64,000 nt of DNA. Source: Eledone cirrhosa. Taxonomy: Eukaryota. Made by a program: the position numbers and the translations under genes. Below the pieces are notes generated by a model that worked only from the letters and a program-made list of their open reading frames with translations, was not told the origin of the DNA and searched no databases. Below are positions 37,335-50,144 of the stretch, one piece after another. Every line of letters begins with the position of its first letter. Position 1 is the stretch's first letter. Location of the stretch: the NCBI GenBank assembly GCA_964016885.1, contig OZ024752.1, positions 17,112,001 to 17,176,000 of the forward strand, in the 5' to 3' direction.

Positions 37335-37745
37335 GATAAAAATAGTCCTTCGTCAGTGATTTTCCAACCTTCATTGGTATTTCATCGCTTTAAAAATCAT
37401 ATACCTTCGGTTGGTGCGAACAATAGCTAAATAAAGCTATTGGGACAAGTAAATCGCGTAAAGCGAGCGAGACAGTAAACAACAGGGAAGGATAGCAACG
37501 CAAAGATAGGAAAAAACAAGCAGCATGGGAATCCGGTCAGCTTAAGCTGGGTGGATTTCATGAGCGAGAGGGAAATACAGACCATCCGACGTGAGTGAGA
37601 TGTGAGCAAGAAGAGAACCCACTACAGGCCAAACGGGAGGAAGTGAAAAGGGGAGAAACAGAGAGTGAGTGAGTGGAAGTGCGAGGAAGAGGCCAGTCGA
37701 GAGAAAGTGTAACTGACAGAGGGAGCGAAAGAAGGTGAGAGAAAC
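37335..37745 (-). repeat. Dispersed repeat with a second copy at about 57180-57735
   Basis: Both share TAGTCCTTC(G/A)TCAGTGAT..TTCCAACCTTCATTGGTATTTCATCGCTTTA and AAACGGGAGGAAG. Both carry a half hammerhead core (CTGA.GA-AGGAC) on the minus strand. Confidence 0.65.
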
Positions 37746-37779
37746 ATATATATATATATATATATACATATATACATGT

Positions 37780-37821
<42 letters not shown>

Positions 37822-38461
37822 CAATATATAGAGGAGATAACACGAGAGAGTTTGTTTTCAATTACAGGGGTATAAGGCAACGAGAGTGAAAAATAAAAAA
37901 AAACATAATTAAAGAGATAAATTAAAATGTATAAACCCACCTTTATAACTATAAAACACCTGGACAGACTCAGAGAGAATGCATTACCATAAACTGTGTA
38001 AGAATCATAACGACTCAGGGTTCGTCAGCAGGTTTAAATAAGGTACGTCTCCCATTTCTAAATAGACATTAGATAATTAACGTGTTGTACGTGTAGGGAG
38101 AAGGAAAATACGCGCGCCAGACAGTACATAGTGGCTCCTATGGATAAATAAACTGCCTGAAATGGCAGCTTATAACCATTCAACTGAAAAGGCGCAACAG
38201 AGAAATTAGTAAGGAGCTGAAATATCAAATGAAGCAACGGAGTTAGAGACTCGCGTGTATCCCTGTAATTAAATGAGCTGAAGGAATAAGTACCGGGCTC
38301 TTCATAATACAGTATAGACAGGAGAAAACAGAAAAGAGTATGTTTTCAATTACAGCGCGAGTCTTTAACTCTGTTGTTTCATTTGATATATATATATATA
38401 TATATATATCAAATGAGTGCTCACCCGGGTGAACCTGCAGTAACTCCTAGTTACACCCACT

Positions 38462-38511
<50 letters not shown>

Positions 38512-38514
<3 letters not shown>

Positions 38515-39146
38515 CCCAGAAAAACATGGGACGAGCTGATAAATTCCGACCTCACACGCTTACACCTCTCCAAGACAATGTCACTGGACCGAGACCTTTG
38601 GCGGTACTCAGTAATAGAGAAGACCCGCCTTACCTAAATACAAAGTAAAAACCTACTACAGTCAGTAGGCATCTCTATCAAAACACACCCCCGTCCCACC
38701 ACCTCCACCCCACCCACACCGCCCCTTTCAATGTAAAGTTATGTTGGTCCCACAACATCCAGGCCGAAACAAATGAGATCGTGTAGGTGTCACGACAAAA
38801 ACACACAGTCCACGCTGTAAATGTGGCCGTGTAGGCAACACGGTAAAAACCTCCCAGCCCCACACTGTAAATGTGGTTGGTGTTAGGAAGGGCATCCAGC
38901 TGTAGAAAACCCGCCAGACAGTCCACGCTGTAATGTGGCCGTGTAGGCAACACGGTAAAAACCTCCCAGCCCCACACTGTAAATGTGGTTGGTGTTAGGA
39001 AGGGCATCCAACTGTAGAAAACCCGCCAGACAGTCCTATGCGAACAAGACAACCACTCTTGCCTCAAGTGGGAAAACCCCCGTCCAAACCCATGCAAGCG
39101 TGGAACACGGACGCTAAACCTGATGATGATGATGATGATGATGATA
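38512..39146 (+). mobile_element. RTE 3' end with SINE-like 3' UTR and (GAT)n tail
   Basis: RPRKTWDE..DRDLWR*; GTTGGTGTTAGGAAGGGCATCCA inside a tandem duplication of about 116 bp (38806-39035); (GAT)n at 39121-39146. Confidence 0.7.
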
Positions 39147-39289
39147 TACAATGCAAACACCAAAACCAACCACTAGCACAACCCGAAACAACACCGCACA
39201 GACAACACATCACAACAACCAACTACATGCTAACTCCAAACAGAATCTGACCAACCGGCAATAAAACAACAACCCCATAACTCCCAGCT

Positions 39290-40198
39290 GTAACCGCAAA
39301 AAGCGGGGGGAATGCCCACTGAGCGGGAAGTGCCTCGTTTAATACATTATATACCAGTACGATGTCACAGCCGGTCGGAAGGAATACACCTATATAGGCG
39401 CGACCTCGACTAAATTTAAAGAGCGTTTGTACAACCACAAAAGCTCTTTCAACCACAGACCTAAGTGTTCCCAAACCAGTCGGGCCGATTTAATCTGGAA
39501 CCTCAAAGATAGGAATCTGAAATACCAGATCAAATGGTCCGTTTGGAGACGCATGGCCCAACTTTCCAGCAAAGGAAGCCACTGCAGGTTGTGCCTGGCA
39601 GAATCGGTAGAAATCATTAAATTAAAATCGGTCATTAATTTGAGATCGGAAATCCTCATAAACTGCAGACACACCGAAAAGCATAATTCTCTGCCATGGT
39701 ATATGGGCAGTAACCACAGACCGACCAAAACTTAACCACCTGAAATTAGACAACGATAGACACAACATCCTAGTAACTGCTAACTTTATCATCGTCTCCA
39801 TTACTACTGTTACGTTCATTACAATTGATGTTCTTGTTAATATTACATTGCATCCTTTATCATGTCCCTCATCACTAAACATATCACCGTATATCCACAA
39901 CTCTCAACCACACTAACACATACCACATACCCTTAAGGCACACACAAACCAGCAGCGCCATGCACATCACCCCAATTGATTTCATCACTTCCATTTGTAT
40001 TACCAATTTCATCACCGTTATTTAACATTACAGGGGCGGTGGATTGGCAGGTTCTTTCTATTTCAAGGTTAACGCTTGAAATAGAAGGAACATGGTCTTA
40101 TCGTTTCGGTCGCTTGTCCTTCATCAAAAGAAAGTATGTTAAATAAGATAAACTGAAGGGTGAATGCAGCGATTCTTTGCATAAACTTTAATCTGTTA

Positions 40199-40205
<7 letters not shown>
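39290..40205 (+). mobile_element. PLE GIY-YIG fragment with 3' region
   Basis: YIGATSTKFKERLYNHKSSF...IWNLK...IKW...CRLCLAE...NLRSEILINCRH (about 39390-39735). Confidence 0.7.
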
Positions 40206-40240
<35 letters not shown>

Positions 40241-40268
40241 ATCAAAAGATGGTTAAAAGAGTTCCAAG

Positions 40269-40339
40269 TATTTTATTATGCGCATTTCAAAAACATATAT
40301 CATCATGGGATGATATCTGCGTTCTCATCAGATAAAATA
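40269..40339 (-). ncRNA. Type I hammerhead ribozyme
   Basis: Minus strand: TATTTTAT-CTGATGA-GAAC...GTTTT-GAAA-TGCGCA-TA-ATAAAATA. 8-bp stem I and palindromic stem III ATGCGCAT. Confidence 0.78.
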
Positions 40340-40485
40340 GGGAGACATGAGCTGAAGCTTAAAAAACACTTGTGAGCAGCGAGGTTTTAAATCAACATAT
40401 CTTATATTAGTTATACCCCAGTCCTAGAGTGCTACTTATCCGATATTTGCATTGCTTTATTGTGCTACAATAAAATTCACCTCCT

Positions 40486-40517
<32 letters not shown>

Positions 40518-40778
40518 TTCGTTTTCTGAATTTGTTTAGCAAGATTCTTTATCTGAAAACGTGTGTTGAAACCGATATTGTTATACTTTGGGAGGGTCAT
40601 GTTGCCAATAAGAAACACACGTACCAGTTGCTTTCACTCCAATTTATTATAAATCAAGAAATTTTTTCAAAAAAAAAAAAAAGAATTTATGTAAAAGAAT
40701 TTATTTTTTATTTTTTTTTTTTTAAATTTATAAATTTCCGGTTGGTTGGTTCCACAACCGGATGGTTGTTCATATATT

Positions 40779-40821
40779 GTCAAAGTTATTTCGTCACACA
40801 TTGTGTGACCTCTTCAGTGAC
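40779..40821 (-). ncRNA. Minimal PLE hammerhead related to the 23165 motif
   Basis: Minus strand: GTCA-CTGAAGA-G-GTCACAC AAT GTGTGAC-GAAA-TAAC-TT-TGAC. The flank at 40555-40600 resembles 20535-20590. Confidence 0.75.
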
Positions 40822-40965
40822 TGGCGATTTCTTTCTTTGTTTTGTGCCAGTCCTTTGTTCCGTCCTACGCCATCTTGTTTTTGTATATATAGTAATAATA
40901 ATAAATTTGAATAATTCTTTGCTTAAACTTTAATCTGTTATTTTAATAAATAAATAAATAAATAA

Positions 40966-41025
<60 letters not shown>

Positions 41026-41724
41026 ATACGCAGTGACTAACAACAGAATGTTTTAAGTCTGCATGTTGTATGAAAATATATGCGTAGTTTGTGAATAAAA
41101 GATTCAAGGGGTATTGCTGGCCGTGGCGATTCCTTCCAAACATGTTTTGTAATGTATCGTCTTATTGGCTAATTTCATCGTCTTATTGGCTAATCAACCA
41201 ATGAGAGTAATTGTTGCTCAAAAGCGTTTTGTTTGCACGTTTATTTATCGTTTCGCTTTCGAATCTTCCTCATGTATTTTGTCGTTTTATCATCAAAATA
41301 TTTTTCTCGTTTTGGTAAGTTATATTGTTAATTTATATATGAATTTTTAAATTTATATTAACTATTTTTTTTCAGTTCGTTATAACATGCTTAGAATATT
41401 GGTTGTATCATATTTACTTGTATATATGTCCATATTATTGTTCGTTTTATGTTAGATTATTTTATTATTATTATGTTAGATTATTTTTTTATTATTATGT
41501 TAGACTATTTGTATGTAATATTTAATTTTTATTAATTCAACTATAACAATTATTATGTAAAATATATTTATTTAATATTGATTGTTTTTTGTAGTTGTTT
41601 ATATTAAAAGTCTCAAAATATTTTTATACATCTTACAATAATATTTATAAGATCATTTATAAAATAACAATTATATAAACTAATTACATTACAACAATAA
41701 TTTATTATTAATATATATCATTAA

Positions 41725-41909
41725 GGGCGGTGAATTGGCAGTATCGGTAGAGGGTTGGACGCCATGCTTTCTAGCATAGTTACGTCCCTTTACGGTTTGA
41801 GTTCAAATCCCGCTGAGGTTAACTTTGCCTTTCATCCTTACGGGGTCGATAAAATAAAGTACCAGTAATGTACTGGTAATTTGCTGGCCTTGTGCCTAAA
41901 GTAGAAACA
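41725..41909 (+). mobile_element. Full-length S1 SINE with target-site duplication
   Basis: A and B boxes present. ATTATTAATATATATCAT occurs at both 41704-41721 and 41910-41927. Confidence 0.88.
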
Positions 41910-42251
41910 ATTATTAATATATATCATGTTTAACTAGAATTATTACAAGCGTTGCCTTAAAAAGATATTAAACTAGACCTGAAAAATGCGCAAGCTCAAA
42001 AGAGCCACAACATGTTATAATAAAATTTCAAAAGTGTGGGACTAGAGTTGTTGCTCAAAAATATTGTAATCATTATCTATCGTACACTCTGTGGCATCCT
42101 TTTATAAAAAAAGAGACTCATAACGAACTCAAGATGACACGATAATTATTTAAGTGAATTTATAATATAGAATTCGGTTTAAGTGCATTTCGTATTAATC
42201 ATTACTAAACATCTAATATGAGATATTGAACATTAGCTTAAATAATTATCG

Positions 42252-45200
42252 TGTCGTTGTGAGGCGGCGAGATGTACAGGATCTGTGCAGTGTTCGTGTG
42301 ATGCGTGGGGCAGAGTGTTGGACCGACCATCGTCTGGTGAGAGCAAGAGCAAGATGTGTAGTTCGTAAAAGGGAGAAACGGCGAGGGGTATCACTTCCGA
42401 AACGGCTGAACGTTGCCCGTCTGAAGGATCCTGAAGTCAGAGAAAATCTGGTTAAAAAGATGAATGCGTTAGAGTGCGGAAATGACTGGACTTCCTTTAA
42501 GGAGGCAGTTTATGGGGCATGTGCTGATGTTGTTGGATTCACGGATAAGAAGCATCAGGATTGGTTTGACCAAAATGACAAGCTTATAGACAAGCTTTTG
42601 GAGGAGAAATATATGCTCCACTCCGCATTGCTTGGTAGTGATTTAAGTACCGATCGGCAGAAGGCAATCGCTGATAAGCTGAAGCTCGTAAAAGCTGATG
42701 TGCAACGAAAATTGCGTGAAATGAAGAATAAATGGTGGAATGACAAAGCCGATGAAATACAACTTGCGTCGGATGTGAAGGACGTTAAGGCAATGTATAA
42801 TCTTCTTCGTGAAGTGTATGGACCACCTACATCACCAGTTGCGCCTCTTAGGACAAAGGATGGCAATCAGCTCCTTAGAGATCCCAATGATATCCTGTTG
42901 AGATGGCGGGAACACTTTGACGAGCTTCTCAATAGGGATTCAGAGGTTGACGAAGAGTTTATCAGGTCCATACCTGATAAGCCAGTAAAGGAAATCCTTG
43001 CTGAGCCTCCAACGATCGAGGAGGTTAAAAGTTCTGTCAGGAAACTCAACGGTGGGAAGTCGTCCGGATTGGATGGGCTGTATGCTGAGATCTTGAAGCA
43101 CGGTGGAGAGAATCTCTTGCACCGACTTCATTCTTTGGTTCTGGATGCCTGGAACAACAATCATGTTCCCAATGACTGGAAGGATGCTGTGATGGTTGTT
43201 TTGTACAAGGGAAAGGGAGACAGGGATAACTGCGGAAACTATCGTGGAATATCACTGTTGTATGTTGTCGGCAAAGTAGTTCTCTGTAGAATTCTGTTGG
43301 GCTGTTTGTTGCTCCACATTGCTGATGAAACTCTACCAGAGTCGCAGTCGGGCTTTTGGGCTGGGCGTGGCACTGTGGACATGATCTTTACAGCCAGACA
43401 ACTGCAGGAAAAGTGTGTTGAGCAAAATATGGATCTCTACCAGGTGTTTGTTGGTCTGACAAAGGCGTTTGACACGGTCAACAGAAAGGCTTTATGGGAT
43501 ATCTTGAGGAAGCTGGGGTGCCCTGAGAATTTTTTTTTCCATTTTGCGTTTGTTTCATGATGACATGAAGGCATAGGTAAATGTTGGTGGAAAGTTCTCT
43601 GAGCCGGTGACGGTCGAGAATGGAGTCAAACAGGGTGACATTCCAGCTCCAACGCTCTTTGCTTTTTACTTCTCCATTGTCTTCGAACAGGCCTTCGGGA
43701 ACTGCAATCATGGTATATATGTTCGCTATCGATCAACTGTAAAGCTGTTTAATACCAGGAGGTTCAATGCTAAGTCAAAGGTTCACTTGTCTCTAATCAG
43801 GGATTTGCTTTATGCAGATGACTGTGACCTGGTAGCGCACACTGAGATTGATATGCAGCATCTCATGGATGCATTTTCTAATGCGTGTACTGCATTGGGA
43901 CTTACCATAAGCCTGAAAAAGACAGTAGCCATGTACCAACCAGCCCCTGGGAAGCCATGTTGTGAGCGCAACATCTTGGTTTATGGTGAAAGGCTAAGGG
44001 TCGTTGGCAGTTTTGTATATCTTGGAAGCACTCTGAGTATGTCCTGCGATCTTGATGGGGAAATATCAAACAGGATACAGAAAGCCAGTGATGCTTTTGG
44101 AAAACTGAACAAGCGTCTCTGGTCTCAACATGGAATTTCGGTAAAGACAAAGCTCAAAGTATCATGCGTGTGTGCTCGCGGCACTTCTTTATGCTTGTGA
44201 GACGTGGGTGGTCTACCGTAGACAGATGAAGCGACTTGAGAGGTTCCACCAGTACTGCTTACGTCGGATCCTCGGCATAACTTGGCAAATGTTTGTCAGT
44301 GACGTCGAGGTTCTGGACAGAAGTGGCTGTGATAGTGTCAAGTCCTTGATTTTGAAACATCAGCTGCGTTGGACAGGCCATCTTATAAGGATGAATGACA
44401 AGCGAATGCCGAAGCAGCTGCTTTATGGCGAGCTCCAAATGGGGAAAAGGAACGCGAGCAAACCCAAGATGCGTTTTAAGGACTGCATCAAGGGGGCGCT
44501 CAAGAAAAGTAACATCCCTTGTGAGCACTGGGAAGCATGCGCTAGCGACCGATCGCTTCCCACCTACATTAGTGATCCCCTCTGGCTTCTCAACATTCTT
44601 TACTACATATTTTGTTTTAGTCTCATTCATTATCAGCCCCACACTCATCGACACAGTCTCAACCTCCTGCATCAAATCCTCTGCCTCCTTCACTGTATTT
44701 GTCACCAAAACTATGTCGTCGGCAAATTCAGCATCCGATATCTTTTTCGCCTTAACTCTCCTGCTCTGAGCCGGTGTTACAGTAAAGCCAGAGTCCTGGT
44801 GTTTCTCCAGTGCAAGGCGCATACAATAGTCCACTATGATGATAAAAATATCAGGTAGATCAGGCGGCTGTTTGAAGAACTGGATATTGAGACAGAGCCC
44901 TTCACCAGAGAGGAGCTTCAGAGAGCCAAGAAGATCAAGGAGGGCAAGGCTCATGGAGAAGATGGAGTGGCATCAGAGGTAATGAAGAGGTGTGATTTTG
45001 ATGATATCATCCTGGGGTTCTGTAACCAGGCACTGGATAAAGGAGTTGCCCCGAATCAGTGGAGGATCAGTGGCATCGTCCCAGTGCCAAAGAAGGGAGA
45101 TCTCTCTGGCACCAACAACTACCGGGGGATCTCACTGACGTCACTTGTGGCAAAGACCCTCAACAGGATGATTCTTAACAGGATCCAGCCTGAGATGAAG

Positions 45201-46176
45201 AAGAAGCTCAGGGACAACCAGAACGACTTCAGAGCAGGAAGATCAACCACCAGTCACATCCTGATGCTGAGGAGGATATTAGAGGGAGCTAGAGCAAAGT
45301 GCCTTCCTGCGGTCATGGTTTTCATTGACTTTAGGAAGGCCTTTGATTTTGTGGACCGTCACTGCCTGATGAAGATCTTACAGGCTTCAGGAATCCCAAA
45401 GAAGATAGTGGACCTGATATCACTGCTCTACACCAACACCAAAGCCCAAGTCATTACACCTGATGGGAGTTCTTTGAGATACTGGCTGGAGTGCTCCAGG
45501 GAGATACATTGGCTCCTTATCATCGTAGTGAACTTTTTATGTATGTCTATTTATCTATCTATTGATGTACGCATATATATATATATATAATTATTTCTAT
45601 TTTTGGCACAAGGCAAGCAATTATCTCAGTGCATTACTGATACTTTATTTTGTCGACCCCGTAAGGATAATAAGAACAAAGTAGAGGTTTTACATACGAG
45701 ATTTATTGCTTAACCCAGTTATCTTTCCCAGGCAGCTCGCTCGTGATCTGGGTTCATCATCCCAGACCAGACTCCAAGTCTGCCTGATCCTCAGACCAGT
45801 GTTAACACATCGAAAAGGAAGGTAAGGAAAAGAGACTGCTCTAAACTGCCTGCTGTTGAACATCATCTGGTTTTCCAGCACTGTGGTCGAGTCTGCCTGA
45901 ATAAAACTGGTTTGACTAGACACGAACAAAGTCATATCAGTAGACCTTATGTAGATTATGTCCTGAAAAGGTGTAAAGAATGTGGCAAGAAGTGTGCTAG
46001 CATGGGAGGTCTTAAAATACACATGAGAACACACAGCCAGAACAAAGCAATGGAAAGTCCCGGAGGAGCCTATAGCTGCCAAGTATGTGCCAGAGGGTGC
46101 ACATTTTTGGCTGGTTTGAAAAGCCACATTCGTGCCTCACATTTGGCTATGCTTGATCATGAGTTTGCGGCCATCA
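42252..46176 (+). mobile_element. Second RTE BovB-like LINE, 5'-truncated, disrupted and interrupted by nested inserts
   Basis: GAECWTDHRLV, NYRGISLL, KQGDIPAP and LLYADDC (42252-44553). C2H2 fingers and the 3' tail resume at about 45805-46176. Confidence 0.85.
44556..45530. mobile_element. Nested RTE-X fragment with internal inversion
   Basis: 44556-44848 is the reverse complement of about 19593-19885, and 44859-45530 matches about 18919-19609 of the 17163 element. Confidence 0.88.
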
Positions 46177-46390
46177 TGTATGTGTGTATGTGTATATGTG
46201 TGTGTGTATGTAGGTATGCATGTAAGTCTGCTTGTGTGTGTGCGCGCGCGTGCATGTATGCATGCATATTCGTAACAAGACTAACTATTTAACTTTAAAA
46301 AATATGAATCTCTTTCTCTCTCTCTTTGTCTCTATATCTCTTTATGCATGCATATATGTGTGTATGTATGCATCTCTCTCTTTCTCCCCC

Positions 46391-46463
<73 letters not shown>

Positions 46464-46496
46464 CGTGTGTGTGTGCGTGCATGTGTCTGTATGTAT

Positions 46497-48017
46497 GTTA
46501 GGTCGCTCTTCAGCGCTACTGGTAATAGGTAACCCAGTACAACCTGTTCATGGTTGGATCGTCGGCGACTAAAACTGCAAGTTCGCCCAGCTTGATTGGT
46601 GAGGAGGAGGATTTTGGACACCCTGCGAGATGCAAAACAAAACCCGTCAAAGGGTGGGAATCAGGAGTATAAACGGCCATCCAAGAAAGTATTTTTTAAG
46701 GGGGGGGGGGGTGGAAGGAGAGAGCCCTCGTCTTAATTAAGACATCTCTCTGGAAGGTCACTCTGATATAAAACCTGCGACATCGTTTGCATCCAATGGT
46801 GTAGACCAGTTCTATTTTTTGAGTAAATGTATTCGATGTTCAGAGGGTGGGATTGGCTCCGTGCACAGTCTTTCCTCACTTAAGAAAGTTTCAAGCCCCG
46901 GCATCGCTTGATATGTGACATTTTTTGTGATGCATGGTATTGCTGGCCATAGGCAGGTCCCTAGCAGGACTAAAAAGCTACGTCCGTGATATTCATGCTT
47001 AAGTTTCAAGCGATGGCATTACGCGAAATCGAGTTTCATGTATGTATGTATGTATGTATGTATGTATGTATGTATGTATGTATGTATGTATGTATGTATG
47101 TATGTATGTATGTATGTATGTATGTATTGGGTAAGAGAGTGCGACTGGCTTTGTGCAGTGCCTTTGCTCACTATAAAAGCTTCACGGCACAGGCATTGCT
47201 TTATATCTGGAGATCTCTCTGCACTTGTCGTCACATGGTACAATGGGCCCAGCACTATGTGTCAATAATTGTCACAAGTGTAGTGTTTGTACCAGAGTTT
47301 TCAAGTCGCTGGCTGGACTAAAAAGTCACACTCGTTCAGCGCATCGGTAGGGGTTCTCCTACATGGATATAAAGTAGTGGCCGTACTCGAAAACGAGTTG
47401 GCAGCCACCATGTATGTATGTATGTATGTATGTATGTATGTATGTATGTATGTTATCTACTGGTAACATGTATCCCAGTACAACCTGCCTCATGGTCGGG
47501 TCGTTGGCGACTAAACTGGCAACCCCACCAAGGTTTCTTGGTGAGGAGGGTGACTTTGGACATCCTGCAGGACTAAAAACAAAACCTGTCAAAGGGCAAA
47601 GGAGCTCTTAAGAGTCAATGGCCATCCAAAATCACCGGGAGAGATGACCCCTTAGCCTTGTCTGATATAACACCTGCAACCCTGATGGTATCCAATGATG
47701 TTGACTTGTTCTTCTTTTTGGTAAATATCATCTTGGTTAAGAGAGTGGGACTGGCTTTGTGCAGTGCCTTTGCTCACTATAAAAGCTTCACGGCACAGGC
47801 ATTGCTTTATATCTGGAGATCTCTCTACACTTGTAGTCACATGGTACCATGGGCCCAGCACTATGTCTCAATAATTGTCACAAGTGTAGTGTTTGTACCA
47901 GAGTTTTCAAGTCACTGGCTGGACTAAAAAGTCACACTTGTTCAGCGCATCGGTAGGGTATCTCCTACATGGATATAAAGTAGTGGCCGTACTCGAAAAC
48001 GAGTTGGCAGCCACTAT
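46497..48017 (+). mobile_element. Cluster of short non-autonomous RTE-derived elements separated by (TATG)n
   Basis: 47131-47411 is duplicated at 47738-48017 and encodes HKCSVCTRVFKSLAGLKSHTRSAH*. Head 46515-46685 resembles 47457-47630. Confidence 0.7.
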
Positions 48018-48085
48018 GTATGTATGTATGTATGTATGTATGTATGTATGTATGTATGTATGTATGTATGTATGTATGTATGTAT

Positions 48086-48785
48086 GTTCTTCTGGTTTTA
48101 TAATTTCATAAGGTTTTACCAATAGAGAGAGAGTCGGTTTCTAACATAGACACAAGGCTCTCTCATTGGAATTTACACAACATCAACTAGGTAGATATGT
48201 ATGCATGCATGCGTAGATATGGATGTTATTGTATGTGTGGATGTGTATGTTTTGAGTTGTATGTGTGCATGTGTATATGCTTTTTATCTGTACATGTGTA
48301 TAAGCAGTTATTAGATGCAAAATATTTGGAATGTTTTACATATTCTTTACTGTTCTATTAATGGATTGTACTTGTAGTTTCCTAACTAGTTGTTCTTTCT
48401 GTTCCTGTGAAGCCTAGCTTCTCAAGATTTGTATTGAGGCAGTTACTAACATATGCCAGTGCTCCAATAATCACAGGCATAAATCTGAAGGTGTAATCAG
48501 GGTGGAGTATCTGCAGATTTCTCATCAGTTCTGCATAAATATTCTCCTTTTCACTCATCTTTGATATTATATTGGCATCTGCTAGGCAGCTAATTTCCAC
48601 TACTGTGTATGTTTTCTTTTCCCTTTCCCATATCATAATATCTAGTCTGTTATGCCTGCATTTTATTGGGGTTTTTACTGGAACATTTCACCAGTACTCT
48701 TTCATATTATGTACATATGTCTTCCACATTGCTGTAGCTTTTAATGTGTTTATTATCGGGGCTATCTTTTTTACGAACTGCATTG
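48086..48785 (-). mobile_element. 5'-truncated R4/Dong-like element (RLE domain + 3' UTR) within (TATG)n
   Basis: Near-identical to the reverse complement of 63370-64000. DIMIWE..VVEISC..KENIY..PVIIGALAYV. Confidence 0.88.
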
Positions 48786-48900
48786 TATGTATGTATGTGT
48801 GTGTGTAAGCATGTATTCATGTGTGGTGCAAGCTGAACTATCGAAGATATACCCAAATTATAGATATTGTTCAGGTGTTTTGCAACCTTTATTCATATAA

Positions 48901-50144
48901 CTAAAGACGAATCCATTGTGGCAGAAAATAATCATTATAGTCAGCACTGTACGCATTTCGAAGTCCGGATTTTTCTTTAGCTGGTGGGAAAAAGTAAGTA
49001 ACTTTTCCTTTACATAAGAATCCAGCCCACCAGCTGAAACTACCTATAGAAGAAATCAAATGATCACTGCTAGATAGAATAGCCATATCTTCTGTTGCTG
49101 AGTTACCCTTTACAAAATAAGTACTATTGTCAAATATATTTTTTTCACACCATGGTATACCATTAGAACAAACAATAAATATCACATTTTTATAATGAGA
49201 TCGAAACCATTCTTTTGCCTTTATGAAATATTCCTTTGTAGCCACGTTATGTCCATGAGAGTTGTTAACCATATCACCACGTCGTACATGTATTCCCACC
49301 AACGTCCAGTTCTTTATTGATGTATTTATAGAAATGTTTTCATGAGTTTTAACAAAGTTCCTTAGAATTCTAACAGCTTTCTGTTTAATGTTCTTTTTAA
49401 AAGTGAACTGGGAATGGATTTCGTCGAATATGTGTTCAAAATACTTGTAAGACTGTAAATATGTTCCAATAATAATATTGTTATTATTACTAATATTAAA
49501 GAAACTAGGATCAAAAGAACTGGCATGGTGTTCATATTTTCTTTTAGCCTTATTGCAAGAAGATTTATTTTTCTCAAAACCGTATATATTAAATATTTTT
49601 TGTAAATTTATGTCATCATTACGAATAGTCACATTCATATTTTTTAGTCTTGCTAAACCTAAACCCGTTGCAAAAATAAACATTTGATTACCCAACCTTC
49701 CAATTAAATTGATGCACACGTATTTTTGTGTAGTTCTTTGTCTTTCCAAACTTGTAGTATTATTGTAGGTAGGTGGTTGAGTGCTTGTTGTTCGTGTTTC
49801 CAAACTTGTTGTGTTATGGTAGGTAGGTGGTTGAGTACTTGTTGTTCGTGTTTCCAAACTTGTAGTGTTATGGTAGGTAGGTGGTTGAGTGCTTGTTCGT
49901 GTTTCCAAACTTGTAGTGTTATGGTAGGTAGGTGGTTGAGTAGATGTTATACGTTTCTTCAACATGGTCGTCTTAAGAAGAGTAGACGGTGTGGTGAACT
50001 TTTCCAATTTGCTATTTCTTATAAAATTGACTGGTGATTTGAAATTAACTATTCTTTGTTGAATTCCGGTGAAGGGAATTCCCATAAAGACAAAATACAG
50101 GGAAACAACAGCCAACATACAAAGCCATAGAAACTTGCGTTGAT
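48901..50144 (-). CDS. Alpha-1,2-fucosyltransferase (glycosyltransferase family 11, FUT1/FUT2-like), main coding exon
   Basis: GRLGNQMF, LQSYKYF, VGIHVRRGD, CSNGIPWC and DMAILSSSDHLISSIGSFSWWAGFL. N-terminal TM segment FLWLCMLAVVSLYFVFMGIPF and a Thr-rich stem. A splice acceptor TTTCTACTTTTATTTTACAG ends at 50145, so the ORF extension to 50301 is probably intronic. Confidence 0.92.

Noticed and set aside
37335-37365. Hammerhead (CTGACGA-AGGAC, also at 57186-57203)
   Set aside because: Only the 5' half is present, with no matching GTCC-GAAA downstream.
45912-46292. Host C2H2 transcription factor gene
   Set aside because: It is collinear with the RTE tail at 6282-6590 and is followed by the element's 3' end.
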